Positions 10,311 through 20,684 of a stretch of DNA of 64,000 nucleotides are shown here, piece after piece. The notes under the pieces were generated by a model. That model did not search any database, was not told the DNA's origin, and saw only the letters and a program-made list of their open reading frames with translations. The first letter of the stretch is position 1. The number at the start of each line of letters is the position of its first letter. Source of the stretch: a virus; the IMG/VR virus record IMGVR_UViG_3300043567_001187, positions 30,486-94,485 of that record. One strand, written 5' to 3'. Both the position numbers and the translations under genes were made by a program.

Positions 10311-10788
10311 GTTTCACCTTGCTTTTTTGTACAGATAGTATAATATCAGATAAATTCTTAAGACTATTAGCTAAATAAGATAATCTATCACTTCTTTGTT
10401 TAGCGTATTTTTTAATATTGTTTAATGATTGAGCTTTATCATTATGTTTTATAGCCTGTGTGGATTTCTCTATATATCCATACCCCTTATATGTATTTAT
10501 CTCGTCGGCTATTAAATCCTTTAATGTCTCCTCTGCCCAGTTATATCTAGCTATTTCTCTATTAATAGTTCTTTGAGTATGAAAACTGAATTGTCCTAAT
10601 CTATATGCTATTTGAGCACAATCTTCTGGTCCTAATTTTTCAATAGCATCCCTATTCATAGTAAGATATTCATTTAGTTCAATAGAGGGTAAAGAGTCTT
10701 CTTTATAAGAATTGAATCCTATAGCTTGTTCATATTCATCTAGAATATCATCCCAATATTTGACTTCTTCTTTGGATGTTTTAAGCAT
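10300..10788 (-). CDS. helical protein, possible UvsY-like recombination mediator
   Basis: Coiled-coil character, size and position near RecA; function inferred. Confidence 0.4.
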   Translation of the reverse strand: MLKTSKEEVKYWDDILDEYEQAIGFNSYKEDSLPSIELNEYLTMNRDAIEKLGPEDCAQIAYRLGQFSFHTQRTINREIARYNWAEETLKDLIADEINTYKGYGYIEKSTQAIKHNDKAQSLNNIKKYAKQRSDRLSYLANSLKNLSDIILSVQKSKVKHGS

Positions 10789-11188
10789 CTTTTATCCTTT
10801 CATTCCACACTTCGGAATCTTCGTTATACGCCAAAGAAATATATTTAAGACCATTGATCTCGCACCATTCTTGTTTATCATTGTCTCTTTTTTGAGATTT
10901 TTTAAACGCTAGCATATTAGTATGATAAAATGCTACAAACTTAAAATGTTGTTCCCCGTGAACTTCAAAGCAAGTCTTTTTTAATGGTAGATAAAAATCT
11001 AAATATAATGTTTCACTTTTTCGTAGTGGAATAGGTACTTCTTCTAATATTTGCATTGTTGGAAAATTTTGCGTAATCAAAGATCTGGCAGTTAGGTGTA
11101 AAGACGATCTATTATCTACCTTTCCTTTAGCCATATTACCAGTTAGTTGCCAGTTACGAGAGTTTCCATCTAGATCCTTAATCAGCAT
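10781..11188 (-). CDS. Vsr/DUF559-like endonuclease
   Basis: LDFYLP..FEVHGEQH..RDNDKQEWC. Confidence 0.75.
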   Translation of the reverse strand: MLIKDLDGNSRNWQLTGNMAKGKVDNRSSLHLTARSLITQNFPTMQILEEVPIPLRKSETLYLDFYLPLKKTCFEVHGEQHFKFVAFYHTNMLAFKKSQKRDNDKQEWCEINGLKYISLAYNEDSEVWNERIKDA

Positions 11189-12198
11189 TTTATAATGCCC
11201 ATCATGTCTTTAATACTTACTACTAATTGTTCATATACTTCTGGATGTTCGACTAAATATTGTCTTACTTTTTCTGTACCTTGAAATTTTGGTTTATCAT
11301 CAACACAGTTTAAAGTATACCAAGCACCTCCCTTATGAATCAAACCCATATCAGAACCTAAACTAATAGCTTCTGTATATTTATCAATTCCTTGTCCATA
11401 TCTAATATAACTAGTAATATTACCTCCAGGTGGCCCCAGAGCAGAACAAATAACTTGCCATTCTATTTCTTGACCAATTTGAGTATTATCGGCACCTAAA
11501 GTCCATGGCTTAAAAGTTTTTGCTCTTAGTTTGATATCTGTTTGATAAGCTATAGCCTGACCACTCTTCTCTTTAAATTCTGCACCATATCCTGTTGGAT
11601 TACCCATTAAGTGAGTAATACCAATAACTATATTTTTATTAACGGGAATAACGTTGGCTACCTTTCTACAAAATTTAGCTAATAGTTTTGCTCCGTCTGC
11701 TCTTTGCATCTTGTCCATTTCGCTTGTAATCTCTGCTTCTGTACATAGTGCAGAATATGAGTCGATAATCAATACAGAGCCTGGAACTTCATTAATAATT
11801 TTTTCAGCTATTTGTAAATATTCTTCGGCATGTAATATTTTACCCTGTTGACTTCCTATAACATGAAATCTATCCAATAATAATCCTGGTATACCTTCTA
11901 GATCTCGTTTTTTCAATCTACCTTCGATATTTAGATAATACACTTCTCTTGGACTTTTCAGGTTGCCCTTATATTTTTCTTGTTGTGCAGTAGCGGCGAA
12001 ATCTAGACTACTCGTAGTCTTGCCACATTTGGGTTGACCGGTCAACACAACAAAACTTCCTTCTGGTATTCCACCGTTTAAAAGAATATCTAATGATGGA
12101 CTGACTGGTATAACGACACTTTTTCTATCTATTATAGCGTTGCCGGTGACTATAATATCGTCCCCAAAGTTCTTAACTACATCTTCCTTTAAACTCAT
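11182..12198 (-). CDS. recA: RecA/UvsX-like recombinase
   Basis: SLDILLNGGIPEG, GQPKCGKT, IIDSYSAL, GGAWY. Confidence 0.9.
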   Translation of the reverse strand: MSLKEDVVKNFGDDIIVTGNAIIDRKSVVIPVSPSLDILLNGGIPEGSFVVLTGQPKCGKTTSSLDFAATAQQEKYKGNLKSPREVYYLNIEGRLKKRDLEGIPGLLLDRFHVIGSQQGKILHAEEYLQIAEKIINEVPGSVLIIDSYSALCTEAEITSEMDKMQRADGAKLLAKFCRKVANVIPVNKNIVIGITHLMGNPTGYGAEFKEKSGQAIAYQTDIKLRAKTFKPWTLGADNTQIGQEIEWQVICSALGPPGGNITSYIRYGQGIDKYTEAISLGSDMGLIHKGGAWYTLNCVDDKPKFQGTEKVRQYLVEHPEVYEQLVVSIKDMMGIIKC

Positions 12199-12608
12199 TC
12201 TAGGTCCTTTAATTTAGAAATAATACTTGTAGATTTTTTATTAGCTTCACCAAATACTATATTTTGTTTTCTATCTACTTTTAGAGATAGTGTTGTATTT
12301 TCTGATGCTAGCCTGTTTTGTTCTTCTTCTATGATAGATATAAGGTGTGGTGCTCGCAGAGAATATATTTTTGCTGATTTAGGATTAGACAATGCCCTAA
12401 CAATAGCTTGGTCGCCATATTTTTTGAGCAGCTTATTGGCCGAACCTATTTGATTTCTATAGTATTTTTGCCACTGAGGACTTGACCAAAACTTATAGTG
12501 TAAGTCCTTATTTTCCTTTTTTGCCATTTTTTCACATATTAGTTCTGTGATATATTGAGCTGGCGAAACGCTCTTACCATTAGAATACTTCGATAAGTAT
12601 TTTTGCAT
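12195..12608 (-). CDS. hypothetical protein
   Basis: Coupled ORF. Confidence 0.6.
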   Translation of the reverse strand: MQKYLSKYSNGKSVSPAQYITELICEKMAKKENKDLHYKFWSSPQWQKYYRNQIGSANKLLKKYGDQAIVRALSNPKSAKIYSLRAPHLISIIEEEQNRLASENTTLSLKVDRKQNIVFGEANKKSTSIISKLKDLE

Positions 12609-12910
12609 TATTTGTTAGGTCGAAAAATATAAGTATTAGTATTTTTAGTTGAAGGTCCTATGTTTTTAATAAACTCATCACTAACTTGTGATGCTGCTTC
12701 TGTCATTATACTCACACTATTACTTTTCTTAGATGATGTTTGTCTGATCATCAACTCTTTAGTCTTATCAGTTTTTGCTGGTTTAGTTTTTTCTTCTGTC
12801 TGATATGACTTTACTATTGAGATAGAGACTTTTAATTCTTTAGCTATTTCCTCTGGTGATTTCTTTTGAGACAATAAGTATTTGATAGCATATTCTTTAG
12901 TTTTATTCAT
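12608..12910 (-). CDS. hypothetical protein with N-terminal HTH
   Basis: SPEEIAKELKVSISIVKSY; TAATG overlap. Confidence 0.55.
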   Translation of the reverse strand: MNKTKEYAIKYLLSQKKSPEEIAKELKVSISIVKSYQTEEKTKPAKTDKTKELMIRQTSSKKSNSVSIMTEAASQVSDEFIKNIGPSTKNTNTYIFRPNK

Positions 12911-13290
12911 TAGGACATCTCCCTTTCGGCATTGTTTAACCATGCTGTATTTTTAGTTGATAAAAAGTTTACATATAAATCAAAGATTTTTTGATTTACC
13001 TCTTTGAATTCAAATTGTTTTCTGCCTATCTTAGCCAAAAACTTTTTGCTTTGGCCTTCGCTATATAGACCGATGGGATTATAAACCTTGCCATAAGTAC
13101 CAACCTTAATATAAAACCTGGTAGGTTTATTGTCTACACTAACAGCTTTTGCTAACGCGTCTTCTTCATTGTCTATTCTGGGTTTCTTCAGACTATCTAG
13201 GTAGTCTTGTTGACCTAAGATAGTATAGCATTCAACAACTCTTGGTGATTGTTTTGTGTGATTTTGTATAAAGTCATTTATGTCGGCCAT
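12910..13290 (-). CDS. hypothetical protein
   Basis: Coupled ORF. Confidence 0.6.
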   Translation of the reverse strand: MADINDFIQNHTKQSPRVVECYTILGQQDYLDSLKKPRIDNEEDALAKAVSVDNKPTRFYIKVGTYGKVYNPIGLYSEGQSKKFLAKIGRKQFEFKEVNQKIFDLYVNFLSTKNTAWLNNAEREMS

Positions 13291-13628
13291 ACGGTTTTAT
13301 TGCCTTTCTTTATTCTTGTCATGCCGCTTGGTAGAGGCTTATCTTCAATCTTATTTTCTTTATAATCGTTATGTTTTTTATATAGAGAATCTTTTTCATC
13401 TTGACTCATTCTGTCACGGTTCCTATTTGCTAAATCCCCTATAGTTTTTAGTTCACTATCGGTTTTTTTCACAGAACAGTTTTGTGTTGATACATCCTTC
13501 ATATAATTACGATGTGTTTTTTTGTTATTACAATGAACACACTGTGGAGATTCTATATAATTTCTAATAGAAAAGAATAACTCAAAATCTTGAGAACATT
13601 TACTACAAGTATAAGAATATGTAGGCAT
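13278..13628 (-). CDS. FmdB-family zinc ribbon protein
   Basis: MPTYSYTCSKC..FE..CVHC. Confidence 0.8.
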   Translation of the reverse strand: MPTYSYTCSKCSQDFELFFSIRNYIESPQCVHCNNKKTHRNYMKDVSTQNCSVKKTDSELKTIGDLANRNRDRMSQDEKDSLYKKHNDYKENKIEDKPLPSGMTRIKKGNKTVWPT

Positions 13629-13630
13629 AA

Positions 13631-14218
13631 CTAATTAAAATAAATATCTGATATGTATAATGACCACTCTGGTGGTATGTTCTCTTTTATCTTAGATAGG
13701 TGGTGGGCTATAGGCAAGTATTTGGTATTTTTCTGTGGCATTATAGGAATATTTTTGAGCGGCATATTAGCCTGTTTTGGAGTTCTATTTCCCTTTTTTC
13801 TATTGCAATCTATACAAGCTGTTACTATATTGGTCCAACACGTTGGAGAACCCACAATACAAGACCAGGATGATTTTGGGATCACATGATCATATGTTAA
13901 TTCGCTAAGGTTAGGATTATTGCCACAATATTGACAAGTATATTCATCTCTAATATAAATATTCTTCCTAGAAAACTTAACATACTGAGTAGCAATTCTC
14001 AAATAATGATGAGTTTTTACTACCGCAGGGATGGGGTATTTTTTATAGTTAGCCCCCAAAATATAGTCATCTTTATAAAAGTCTATGATTTGTATACTAA
14101 GATTATGATTAGTCTCATATTTCATAGACCATACTAATGCTCTTTGCCAACTGATAATAGTCAGTGGAGAATAATCTGCATTAAGCACTAAGCATTTGCT
14201 ATGTTGCTTTTGTTCCAT
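13631..14218 (-). CDS. HNH endonuclease (McrA-like)
   Basis: LVLNADYSPL, RDEYTCQYCG, TYDHVIP, NIVTACIDCNRKKG. Confidence 0.9.
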   Translation of the reverse strand: MEQKQHSKCLVLNADYSPLTIISWQRALVWSMKYETNHNLSIQIIDFYKDDYILGANYKKYPIPAVVKTHHYLRIATQYVKFSRKNIYIRDEYTCQYCGNNPNLSELTYDHVIPKSSWSCIVGSPTCWTNIVTACIDCNRKKGNRTPKQANMPLKNIPIMPQKNTKYLPIAHHLSKIKENIPPEWSLYISDIYFN

Positions 14219-14942
14219 CGTTATTTTCGTATTTATCTATTTGTTTCAAAAGATCTGCTATAATAGGATTACGTAAAATATCAGATGAATTTAAATATGA
14301 AATACCAACACCAACAATGTCGGTTAATATATTGATCATAGTGAAAAATCCACCCTGTAAATGTCTATTCAAATCTGATTGACTAACATCCCCAGTTAAT
14401 ACCATTTTACTTTTGAGACCTAATCTTGTCAATAACATCTTCAGTTGATCATATGAAGCATTTTGACACTCATCTGCTACAATAAAACTATCATGAAAAT
14501 TACGACCTCTCATTAGTCCAAGAGGAACAATTTCTATTTTATTATTAGTCTTTAAGGAATTATATTGTGCTGGACTGATAAAATAATTGATTTCATCCAG
14601 TATAGGTAGAAGATATGGGTGAAGTTTTTCTTCTGCGGTTCCTGGCAAATAACCTATCTTTTCACCACTTTCTACTACTGGTCTAGTTATGATAATTTTT
14701 TTTACTTTATTATCTAATAGATAAGATAAAGCCATACCTATAGCAATGTGCGTCTTCCCGGATCCTGCTACACCTTGGCAAAAAGTAATATGGTTTTCAG
14801 CTATGTTTCTAATATAGTCGTGTTGATTGGGTGTTCTTGGTTTTAATTCATTTCTATAGGTTTTATCAGCACCATTAATATTAGCATCTTTTGTTAAGTC
14901 GATAGTTTTCTTATTTTTTGTGTTTTTAGTTTTTTTTCTCAA
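14199..14942 (-). CDS. phoH: PhoH-like ATPase
   Basis: GVAGSGKT, ITRPVVE..GYLPG, MRGR, DECQN, LTRLG, GDVSQSD. Confidence 0.95.
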   Translation of the reverse strand: MRKKTKNTKNKKTIDLTKDANINGADKTYRNELKPRTPNQHDYIRNIAENHITFCQGVAGSGKTHIAIGMALSYLLDNKVKKIIITRPVVESGEKIGYLPGTAEEKLHPYLLPILDEINYFISPAQYNSLKTNNKIEIVPLGLMRGRNFHDSFIVADECQNASYDQLKMLLTRLGLKSKMVLTGDVSQSDLNRHLQGGFFTMINILTDIVGVGISYLNSSDILRNPIIADLLKQIDKYENNDGTKAT

Positions 14943-14966
14943 TTGTTGCCCTTTTATTATAGAGTG

Positions 14967-17159
14967 TTAAATTAGACATGCACCGCCAGCGCAACTAATT
15001 TCCTCTATACCGGTCGTATTATCCTCTGTCTCAGACAGTTGCGTATAATCAACCTTCTTAAAACTATTAAATAAATCACAATAGATTTTCCAATTATAAA
15101 CATCTTTCATACAGTAAGTTAACCTCTTGATGTCTCCATCAAAGTATTTTCCTGCAAAGTTTTTCATTTTGGTGATAAATAATAATTTTTCTTTAGAGTC
15201 GCTTTCTTTGGCTTGATTCATATTAACATAATCACAAGCTGACCATAAATTATTAGAAAAAGCATTAAGACCTAATTCTATTAAACCAGAGCACCATAAA
15301 GCAGCATCTCCATATTCTTTAACAATTTCTCTGCTAGTATATACTGTGGTAAAGGGAGCTTGGGGATAGTCTTTATCTCCGCTTTGTGGAATAAGGCTAA
15401 TACCAGCAAAATATTTTCTATGATTATAGATATATTTAGTAACATCATCCCATTCATCTGGTTTAACGGTAACTGTGTTGCTAACATTATGACTAAGATA
15501 ATCCTGGGTACATAGTTTTTTGTTTTTACCAGAATAAACCCAATTTTTTTGTGTTTCTTTTACTATACTCAACATCTCTACTGCTGGTAATTGATTTTTT
15601 AATTTAGCTCCGTCTGGAACTTCAATTGGAAATTTAATAACTTCATCAGTATCATTGGCAGACCATGAAGATTTTTCACAGGCTTGTGGGTTATAGTTCT
15701 TAAAGTGCTGGAATGGTGCTTCTAAAACATTGGCCTGTACATGGCGTATATATCTTTTAGCGTGATGTGGATGGATACCAGACGAAGTTCCTAGCATAGA
15801 ACTAGAAGTGCCTTCCGGTTTTAAGCAAGTGACTCTGGCTGCTTGGTTAATATCTAACAATTCTGCAATAGCTTTATTGGTATCTACCGCTATTTTAGCG
15901 CCATTCTTTAGTACCTTTTCTGTAAGCACAAGTTCATGCTTTTCCATAATACCAGTTAATGATACTCCTAATAAAGCTTCTCTTTTGAATATTCTGCAAC
16001 TAATTTCTCCTAGATAGTCCAGTTTTGTAAAGCCTGCTTGTAGAGTGCCAATAATTGCTGCTGCTTTGCATCGATCATAAAAATCATCTTCATCTTCTAT
16101 GGATGAACAATTGATTGTAGATAGATTACATCCTTGCCAGCCACTTTCATTTGTTTCGGCATCAACAGGCCACATACCTACTTCTACGCATGGATTAAAA
16201 GTCATCTCTGTAGAATCACTCCAAATAAATCCTGGTTCACCAAACTCTTTAACGCTCTGCATTAATGTTTCAAATTCTTCTAATGTTGTAGATTCTTTGA
16301 GTAAAAGAGCAGAATTATTGCTTCTTGCTCTTTGTGGATTATCAATAAACCAGTTACCAGTTTTTGCTTTAGCCATTTCTTCGTCGTCGTGACTAAAGAG
16401 TGCTAAACTAGCAGAGCGTCTGACCCCACCACTTAATACAGCATCACTACTGTGCATAATAATATCATAAGCATCAATAGGTCTTAGTTTCTTTTGTTCA
16501 TTAGCTAAACATCTATCTAACAAGGTGCGAATTTTTTCTAGACCATTAGCCAACGGTTCAAATCCTGGAGCTTTACCAACACCAGAACTTAATATAGAAC
16601 CTTTTGGTCTAATATTAGAGTAGTCAAATACAACATAAGTATTTTTATACATCTCAAATTCTGGAATAGGATCACTAAAGTAGCTGCTAAGTAGTACTCC
16701 TAAAGCATCAGCCCATCCTTCTATACTATCTTCTATAGTATACTTAAGACCTTCACCTTCTGGTGGATTATGTTCTAGTTTTGGTAATTTAGCCACATGA
16801 TGTTTTTGTACGCTAAATCCTGTACCGCTACCACATAATAGTAACCAAAAACACTCTTGAAAAAATCTTAATCTATCACAGTATGAGCTTGTGCAGTTAT
16901 ATATTTTAGCGTGACGTTTTAGAATGGGTTCTCCCCCAAACTGAAGTGCTCTTTGACTACCAAGAACCTTTTTCTTATACATCATATCGTAAGCCCAATT
17001 AATCTGCTCACCAATATTTTTATCTGCATACATAGTATGCATCATGTTTTTTACTCTTTCTACAGCCTCTTTCCAAGTTTCTCTGCGATTCTTGTCTTCT
17101 AACCACCTAGCGTACTTACTAACAAATGTATAATTTTGAAGTTCTTGAAGCGCAGACAT
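14967..17159 (-). CDS. nrdJ: class II (B12-dependent) ribonucleotide reductase
   Basis: YNC, GGVRRSA, NPCVE, CNL, KPEGT, C-terminal CAGGAC; start MSALQ after AGGAGA. Confidence 0.92.
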   Translation of the reverse strand: MSALQELQNYTFVSKYARWLEDKNRRETWKEAVERVKNMMHTMYADKNIGEQINWAYDMMYKKKVLGSQRALQFGGEPILKRHAKIYNCTSSYCDRLRFFQECFWLLLCGSGTGFSVQKHHVAKLPKLEHNPPEGEGLKYTIEDSIEGWADALGVLLSSYFSDPIPEFEMYKNTYVVFDYSNIRPKGSILSSGVGKAPGFEPLANGLEKIRTLLDRCLANEQKKLRPIDAYDIIMHSSDAVLSGGVRRSASLALFSHDDEEMAKAKTGNWFIDNPQRARSNNSALLLKESTTLEEFETLMQSVKEFGEPGFIWSDSTEMTFNPCVEVGMWPVDAETNESGWQGCNLSTINCSSIEDEDDFYDRCKAAAIIGTLQAGFTKLDYLGEISCRIFKREALLGVSLTGIMEKHELVLTEKVLKNGAKIAVDTNKAIAELLDINQAARVTCLKPEGTSSSMLGTSSGIHPHHAKRYIRHVQANVLEAPFQHFKNYNPQACEKSSWSANDTDEVIKFPIEVPDGAKLKNQLPAVEMLSIVKETQKNWVYSGKNKKLCTQDYLSHNVSNTVTVKPDEWDDVTKYIYNHRKYFAGISLIPQSGDKDYPQAPFTTVYTSREIVKEYGDAALWCSGLIELGLNAFSNNLWSACDYVNMNQAKESDSKEKLLFITKMKNFAGKYFDGDIKRLTYCMKDVYNWKIYCDLFNSFKKVDYTQLSETEDNTTGIEEISCAGGACLI

Positions 17160-17160
17160 A

Positions 17161-17310
17161 CTATCTCCTATCAGCAGTAATAAGTGTAAAAAATCCGAAA
17201 ATAACAATAGATTGAAAAGATAATTCGATCATTTCAATATTATGTATTGCCTTATAGTAAACATAAGCATATATACTAAGATAAAATATTATATTATTAA
17301 TTTTAGACAT
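17161..17310 (-). CDS. small hydrophobic protein (49 aa)
   Basis: Hand-translated MSKINNIIFYLSIYAYVYY...; follows a GGTGTA motif. Confidence 0.45.
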   Translation of the reverse strand: MSKINNIIFYLSIYAYVYYKAIHNIEMIELSFQSIVIFGFFTLITADRR

Positions 17311-17313
17311 AAT

Positions 17314-17787
17314 CTATAATACACCGCTTAAATGTTTCAGCCAAGAAAGATCTGGATCGATATTGATAATATTGATACCGCTCATTTGTACAAAAAGATC
17401 AAATCTTTTTTTAGCATCGTCATCAAAAAGATGAGTTCCATGGCTTTTCATCATGATAACAGTAGAGACTCCTTCTTGCCACAGAGCCATTAAACAATCA
17501 TTACAGCATTGACCCGTTACATATGCTGTGGCGTTATCTGGCCTTACTACACAATTAGATAAAGCGTTTCTTTCTGCATGAATCATCCAGTTATACTTTT
17601 CTGGTCTAGTATTAGGCAGAATAGAGTCATTTAGTCCGCGAGCAAATCCATTATATCCTACACCCAGAATACGATTATGGTTATCAGCAATAACACAACC
17701 GTGTTGAGTTTGAATATCGTGGCTGCGTTGAGAAACAACAACAGCAAGTCCTAAAAAATAATCTATCCAGTTTGGTCTATTGTTCAT
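17314..17787 (-). CDS. dCMP deaminase
   Basis: GYNG, HAERNAL, CCNDC. Confidence 0.92.
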   Translation of the reverse strand: MNNRPNWIDYFLGLAVVVSQRSHDIQTQHGCVIADNHNRILGVGYNGFARGLNDSILPNTRPEKYNWMIHAERNALSNCVVRPDNATAYVTGQCCNDCLMALWQEGVSTVIMMKSHGTHLFDDDAKKRFDLFVQMSGINIINIDPDLSWLKHLSGVL

Positions 17788-17793
17788 AGAACT

Positions 17794-17821
17794 ATGATAG
17801 ACTATGTTTTGTTGGTAGCAA
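17794..17821 (-). promoter_or_regulatory. sigma70-type promoter, probably leaderless transcript
   Basis: TTGCTA-16-TATCAT, ATG 6 nt downstream, no SD. Confidence 0.5.
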
Positions 17822-17826
17822 GGTAT

Positions 17827-18072
17827 TTATTTTGCAAGCTTATTGTATAGAACTAGTGCTAAAATAGCCCCTACTACGCCTACTACAACCCCTGCCGGTG
17901 ATACTGCGCTATATTGACCGAGCATATACATAATTGCGCCGCCCATATATGAACCAGCAACACCTAGAGCCACAGTTTTAATGAAACCGAAGTTTTCTTC
18001 ACCAGGAACAATAGTTTTAGCGATTGATCCAACAAATAGACCATAAACACACCACACTAAAATATTAAACAT
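17827..18072 (-). CDS. GlsB/YeaQ/YmgE-family membrane protein
   Basis: GLFVGSIAKTIVPG..LGVAGSYMGG..VVGAILAL. Confidence 0.85.
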   Translation of the reverse strand: MFNILVWCVYGLFVGSIAKTIVPGEENFGFIKTVALGVAGSYMGGAIMYMLGQYSAVSPAGVVVGVVGAILALVLYNKLAK

Positions 18073-18454
18073 GTGCTGCCTCCATTAAAATTAAAGTTTC
18101 TTCTGTAGAAAGGTTAGACCCACACTCTAAGATAGCATCCATTAGTGGAATACCATATTCTTTGTATTCTGCTGGTGTGAGTTCTTTTTTTAGTAGTTTT
18201 TTAATAGTACGTCTAGTAAACCAACTTCTTTGTAGACTAAATGTTTTTAATTCTGTCATCATAAAAGAACATTTTTCATCTTTACTGCGAAATAGTTTAA
18301 GTTTACTTTGACGACATTCTTGAACTACTCTTACTAGGGTTAGTATAATACTAATAATCATTAGAATAGCCATAACGCTACCAAAAGTTTCTGGTGGATT
18401 AGGTACCATAGACAATATTTTTTGGGCTAAATTTTTTAATTTTTCGTTATTCAT
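18065..18454 (-). CDS. single-TM hypothetical protein
   Basis: Hydrophobic segment VMAILMIISIILTLV. Confidence 0.6.
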   Translation of the reverse strand: MNNEKLKNLAQKILSMVPNPPETFGSVMAILMIISIILTLVRVVQECRQSKLKLFRSKDEKCSFMMTELKTFSLQRSWFTRRTIKKLLKKELTPAEYKEYGIPLMDAILECGSNLSTEETLILMEAAHV

Positions 18455-18714
18455 TGTTTTAGTATTATAGATGTTGCTGATTCAGGTTCACAATAGCCAC
18501 AATCTACTTTCTTAATACCATCACCGCTAATGTACCATCCTTTACCCTTGCATACTGGGCAGTTTTTTCGTGGATATTTTTTGTTTGTTTCTTGATGAGA
18601 CACTTTAATAACAGATCCAGCTAAGATTACTGGAGCTAAAGTGGATCCATTATAATCTTGAGCGGCAAAAAAGCCTACAGAACAAATTAGTGGTAAAACT
18701 AAAAACTTATTCAT
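18451..18714 (-). CDS. signal-peptide protein with CxxCxGxG Zn finger
   Basis: CPVCKGKGW..DG...CGYC. Confidence 0.65.
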   Translation of the reverse strand: MNKFLVLPLICSVGFFAAQDYNGSTLAPVILAGSVIKVSHQETNKKYPRKNCPVCKGKGWYISGDGIKKVDCGYCEPESATSIILKQ

Positions 18715-18877
18715 CTTTTTTCTCTTTTCTCCATCGTGGTTTCCACTTTCGATCTGGTTTAATAATAGGGTCTACCGTGCCAGTTTTAGATGGTACAAAT
18801 ATTTTAATTAATGTTAGCACAAAAGACAAAACCATTGATAACGCTCTTTCAAGAGCTATTCTATCTAAGAGTTTCAT
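18707..18877 (-). CDS. small TM protein with basic tail (56 aa)
   Basis: Hand-translated MKLLDRIALERALSMVLSFVLTLIKIF...RKWKPRWRKEKKDE; overlaps both neighbours. Confidence 0.6.
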   Translation of the reverse strand: MKLLDRIALERALSMVLSFVLTLIKIFVPSKTGTVDPIIKPDRKWKPRWRKEKKDE

Positions 18878-19800
18878 AAATAATCCTCAAAACCGTAGGA
18901 AGGAAGTTTTTGTACAGGAAAACCGTCAAAATTGCTAAAAACATAAGCAGCATTGCCACTTAACATACCAGAGGCAACATCAGCAGTAATTAAAAATGAT
19001 CCGTCTGGAATAGGACCCCATTCTGGATGACCACCACTATTCCACTTGCCCCAACTATTTTGTACTAAAAATGCTGGTTCTTTACCTGTGTCGTCACAGG
19101 CTATCCATGCCATAGCATGAGCCCATTGTCCTTGTGGCTTTGCAAATCCCTTTTTATCTCGTGTGCTACTAAATCCATACATACTACAAACACTAATACC
19201 ATAACCATTAGCAAGAGCATCTCTTGCTTCTTCTATTGTACGGACCAAACTTACTGTTTTAATTTGATGATCATTAGCTAAATCAATGACTTTATCTGGT
19301 AATCCTCGTCCGCCCCATCCTGCTCCTAGACTACCATTATATTTGGTTAAATCTACAACCCCTTTATATTCTTTTCTAACCAATACTCCACCGTGTTTAC
19401 TTACAAATTCTGCCGCTCTGGCACAACTCATGCCTTCACCAGCATGACCTCTAGCTCCATAGACAGCTTCAGTAGCGCCTCGTGCTATCCAACTCTCTCT
19501 ATCATTATGAACATCAATTTCTACTGCTCGTGTAACGTCTATAGCGTTTCTTGTAGAATGGCTTACGCAATCCCCGGTTGTTTGTCTCTCATTATATGGA
19601 TTCTTATCAAACTTATAAACGCTCTTATAAGGAGTACTTAGTTTGCCTTTACCGCTACCGGCTATTCTTCTGCCACCATCACTGAAGTAAGCATATTTAG
19701 ATACTTCCATTAAATGTTCAAAGATATGGGGTTCCCACAAACATCCACCAAAACCATTCTTATATAATTTTAATAAATCTTCTGGAGAATAACGTGGCAT
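18874..19800 (-). CDS. papain-like (C1) cysteine peptidase
   Basis: Q-TTGD-C, WAHAM, VQNSWG. Confidence 0.85.
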   Translation of the reverse strand: MPRYSPEDLLKLYKNGFGGCLWEPHIFEHLMEVSKYAYFSDGGRRIAGSGKGKLSTPYKSVYKFDKNPYNERQTTGDCVSHSTRNAIDVTRAVEIDVHNDRESWIARGATEAVYGARGHAGEGMSCARAAEFVSKHGGVLVRKEYKGVVDLTKYNGSLGAGWGGRGLPDKVIDLANDHQIKTVSLVRTIEEARDALANGYGISVCSMYGFSSTRDKKGFAKPQGQWAHAMAWIACDDTGKEPAFLVQNSWGKWNSGGHPEWGPIPDGSFLITADVASGMLSGNAAYVFSNFDGFPVQKLPSYGFEDYL

Positions 19801-20295
19801 TTATTTACTTCCTTCATTACAGGCCCAGGCTAATGCTTTAAAGCCATCAACAGCTTTAGTTCTTAACTCTGCTGATAATAAAACTTGATCATCTCCAATA
19901 GCAGATACCATAACGTCTTTAGCTTCTTTAGCTAGATTAGCATACTTGTCTTTAATATCTAATCTTAGCATCACACCAGCTAAACTATTAGCCTGACGAA
20001 TTTCTTCAGTATTTTTTACTATCTGATTTTCACCATCTAATGAAACTAAGGTTGATAAATCTAGATAAAGATCCCGTAATCTAAGACTATCATCTTTTGC
20101 TGAAGATCCAAAAGATTTTAATAAAGCTACTAATTCATCGGCTTGTGCTCTAATGTTAGAATCCATAGGAGCGTCTATCACCACACTATTTGTAGGATTA
20201 TTATTAGATGGTATTAATTTAGATAAATCTGGTTTAATTAAACCAACTAGTACCAATAAGGCTCCACAAACTAATAAAATATATTTGAGTTTCAT
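19801..20295 (-). CDS. membrane-anchored hypothetical protein
   Basis: N-terminal hydrophobic segment. Confidence 0.6.
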   Translation of the reverse strand: MKLKYILLVCGALLVLVGLIKPDLSKLIPSNNNPTNSVVIDAPMDSNIRAQADELVALLKSFGSSAKDDSLRLRDLYLDLSTLVSLDGENQIVKNTEEIRQANSLAGVMLRLDIKDKYANLAKEAKDVMVSAIGDDQVLLSAELRTKAVDGFKALAWACNEGSK

Positions 20296-20684
20296 AGCTG
20301 TGTTTTTTCCTCACAAGAATTAGGACTTAAATAGGGGAACATCTGATCAGCAACCTTAACTGCTTCACTACAATTTAATTGAGACGCTAAATCTCGTGTT
20401 TGTTTCCAGCTCACTATCAATTTAAAAAAGGTATCTTCTTTAGCAGACGCGGGGTGGTTGTTGGTAACCACTGGTAGTTTTACTTCTGGAACAACAGTTA
20501 AATTTGATTTGTTGCCTAAAAGGGTTTTGCTCTTATTCATTAGATCAGTAATTATTTTTTGCACTGGACTCATTTTGTCCTTAAATAAAACAAATAGTAC
20601 CAAAGCAGCACCAGCGTATAGGGCTAAATCTGTTGGACCCAATCTGCTTGAAAAATCACTAAAACTTTCAGTAGCATAATTCAT
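20292..20684 (-). CDS. membrane-anchored hypothetical protein
   Basis: LALYAGAALVLFVLF. Confidence 0.6.
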   Translation of the reverse strand: MNYATESFSDFSSRLGPTDLALYAGAALVLFVLFKDKMSPVQKIITDLMNKSKTLLGNKSNLTVVPEVKLPVVTNNHPASAKEDTFFKLIVSWKQTRDLASQLNCSEAVKVADQMFPYLSPNSCEEKTQL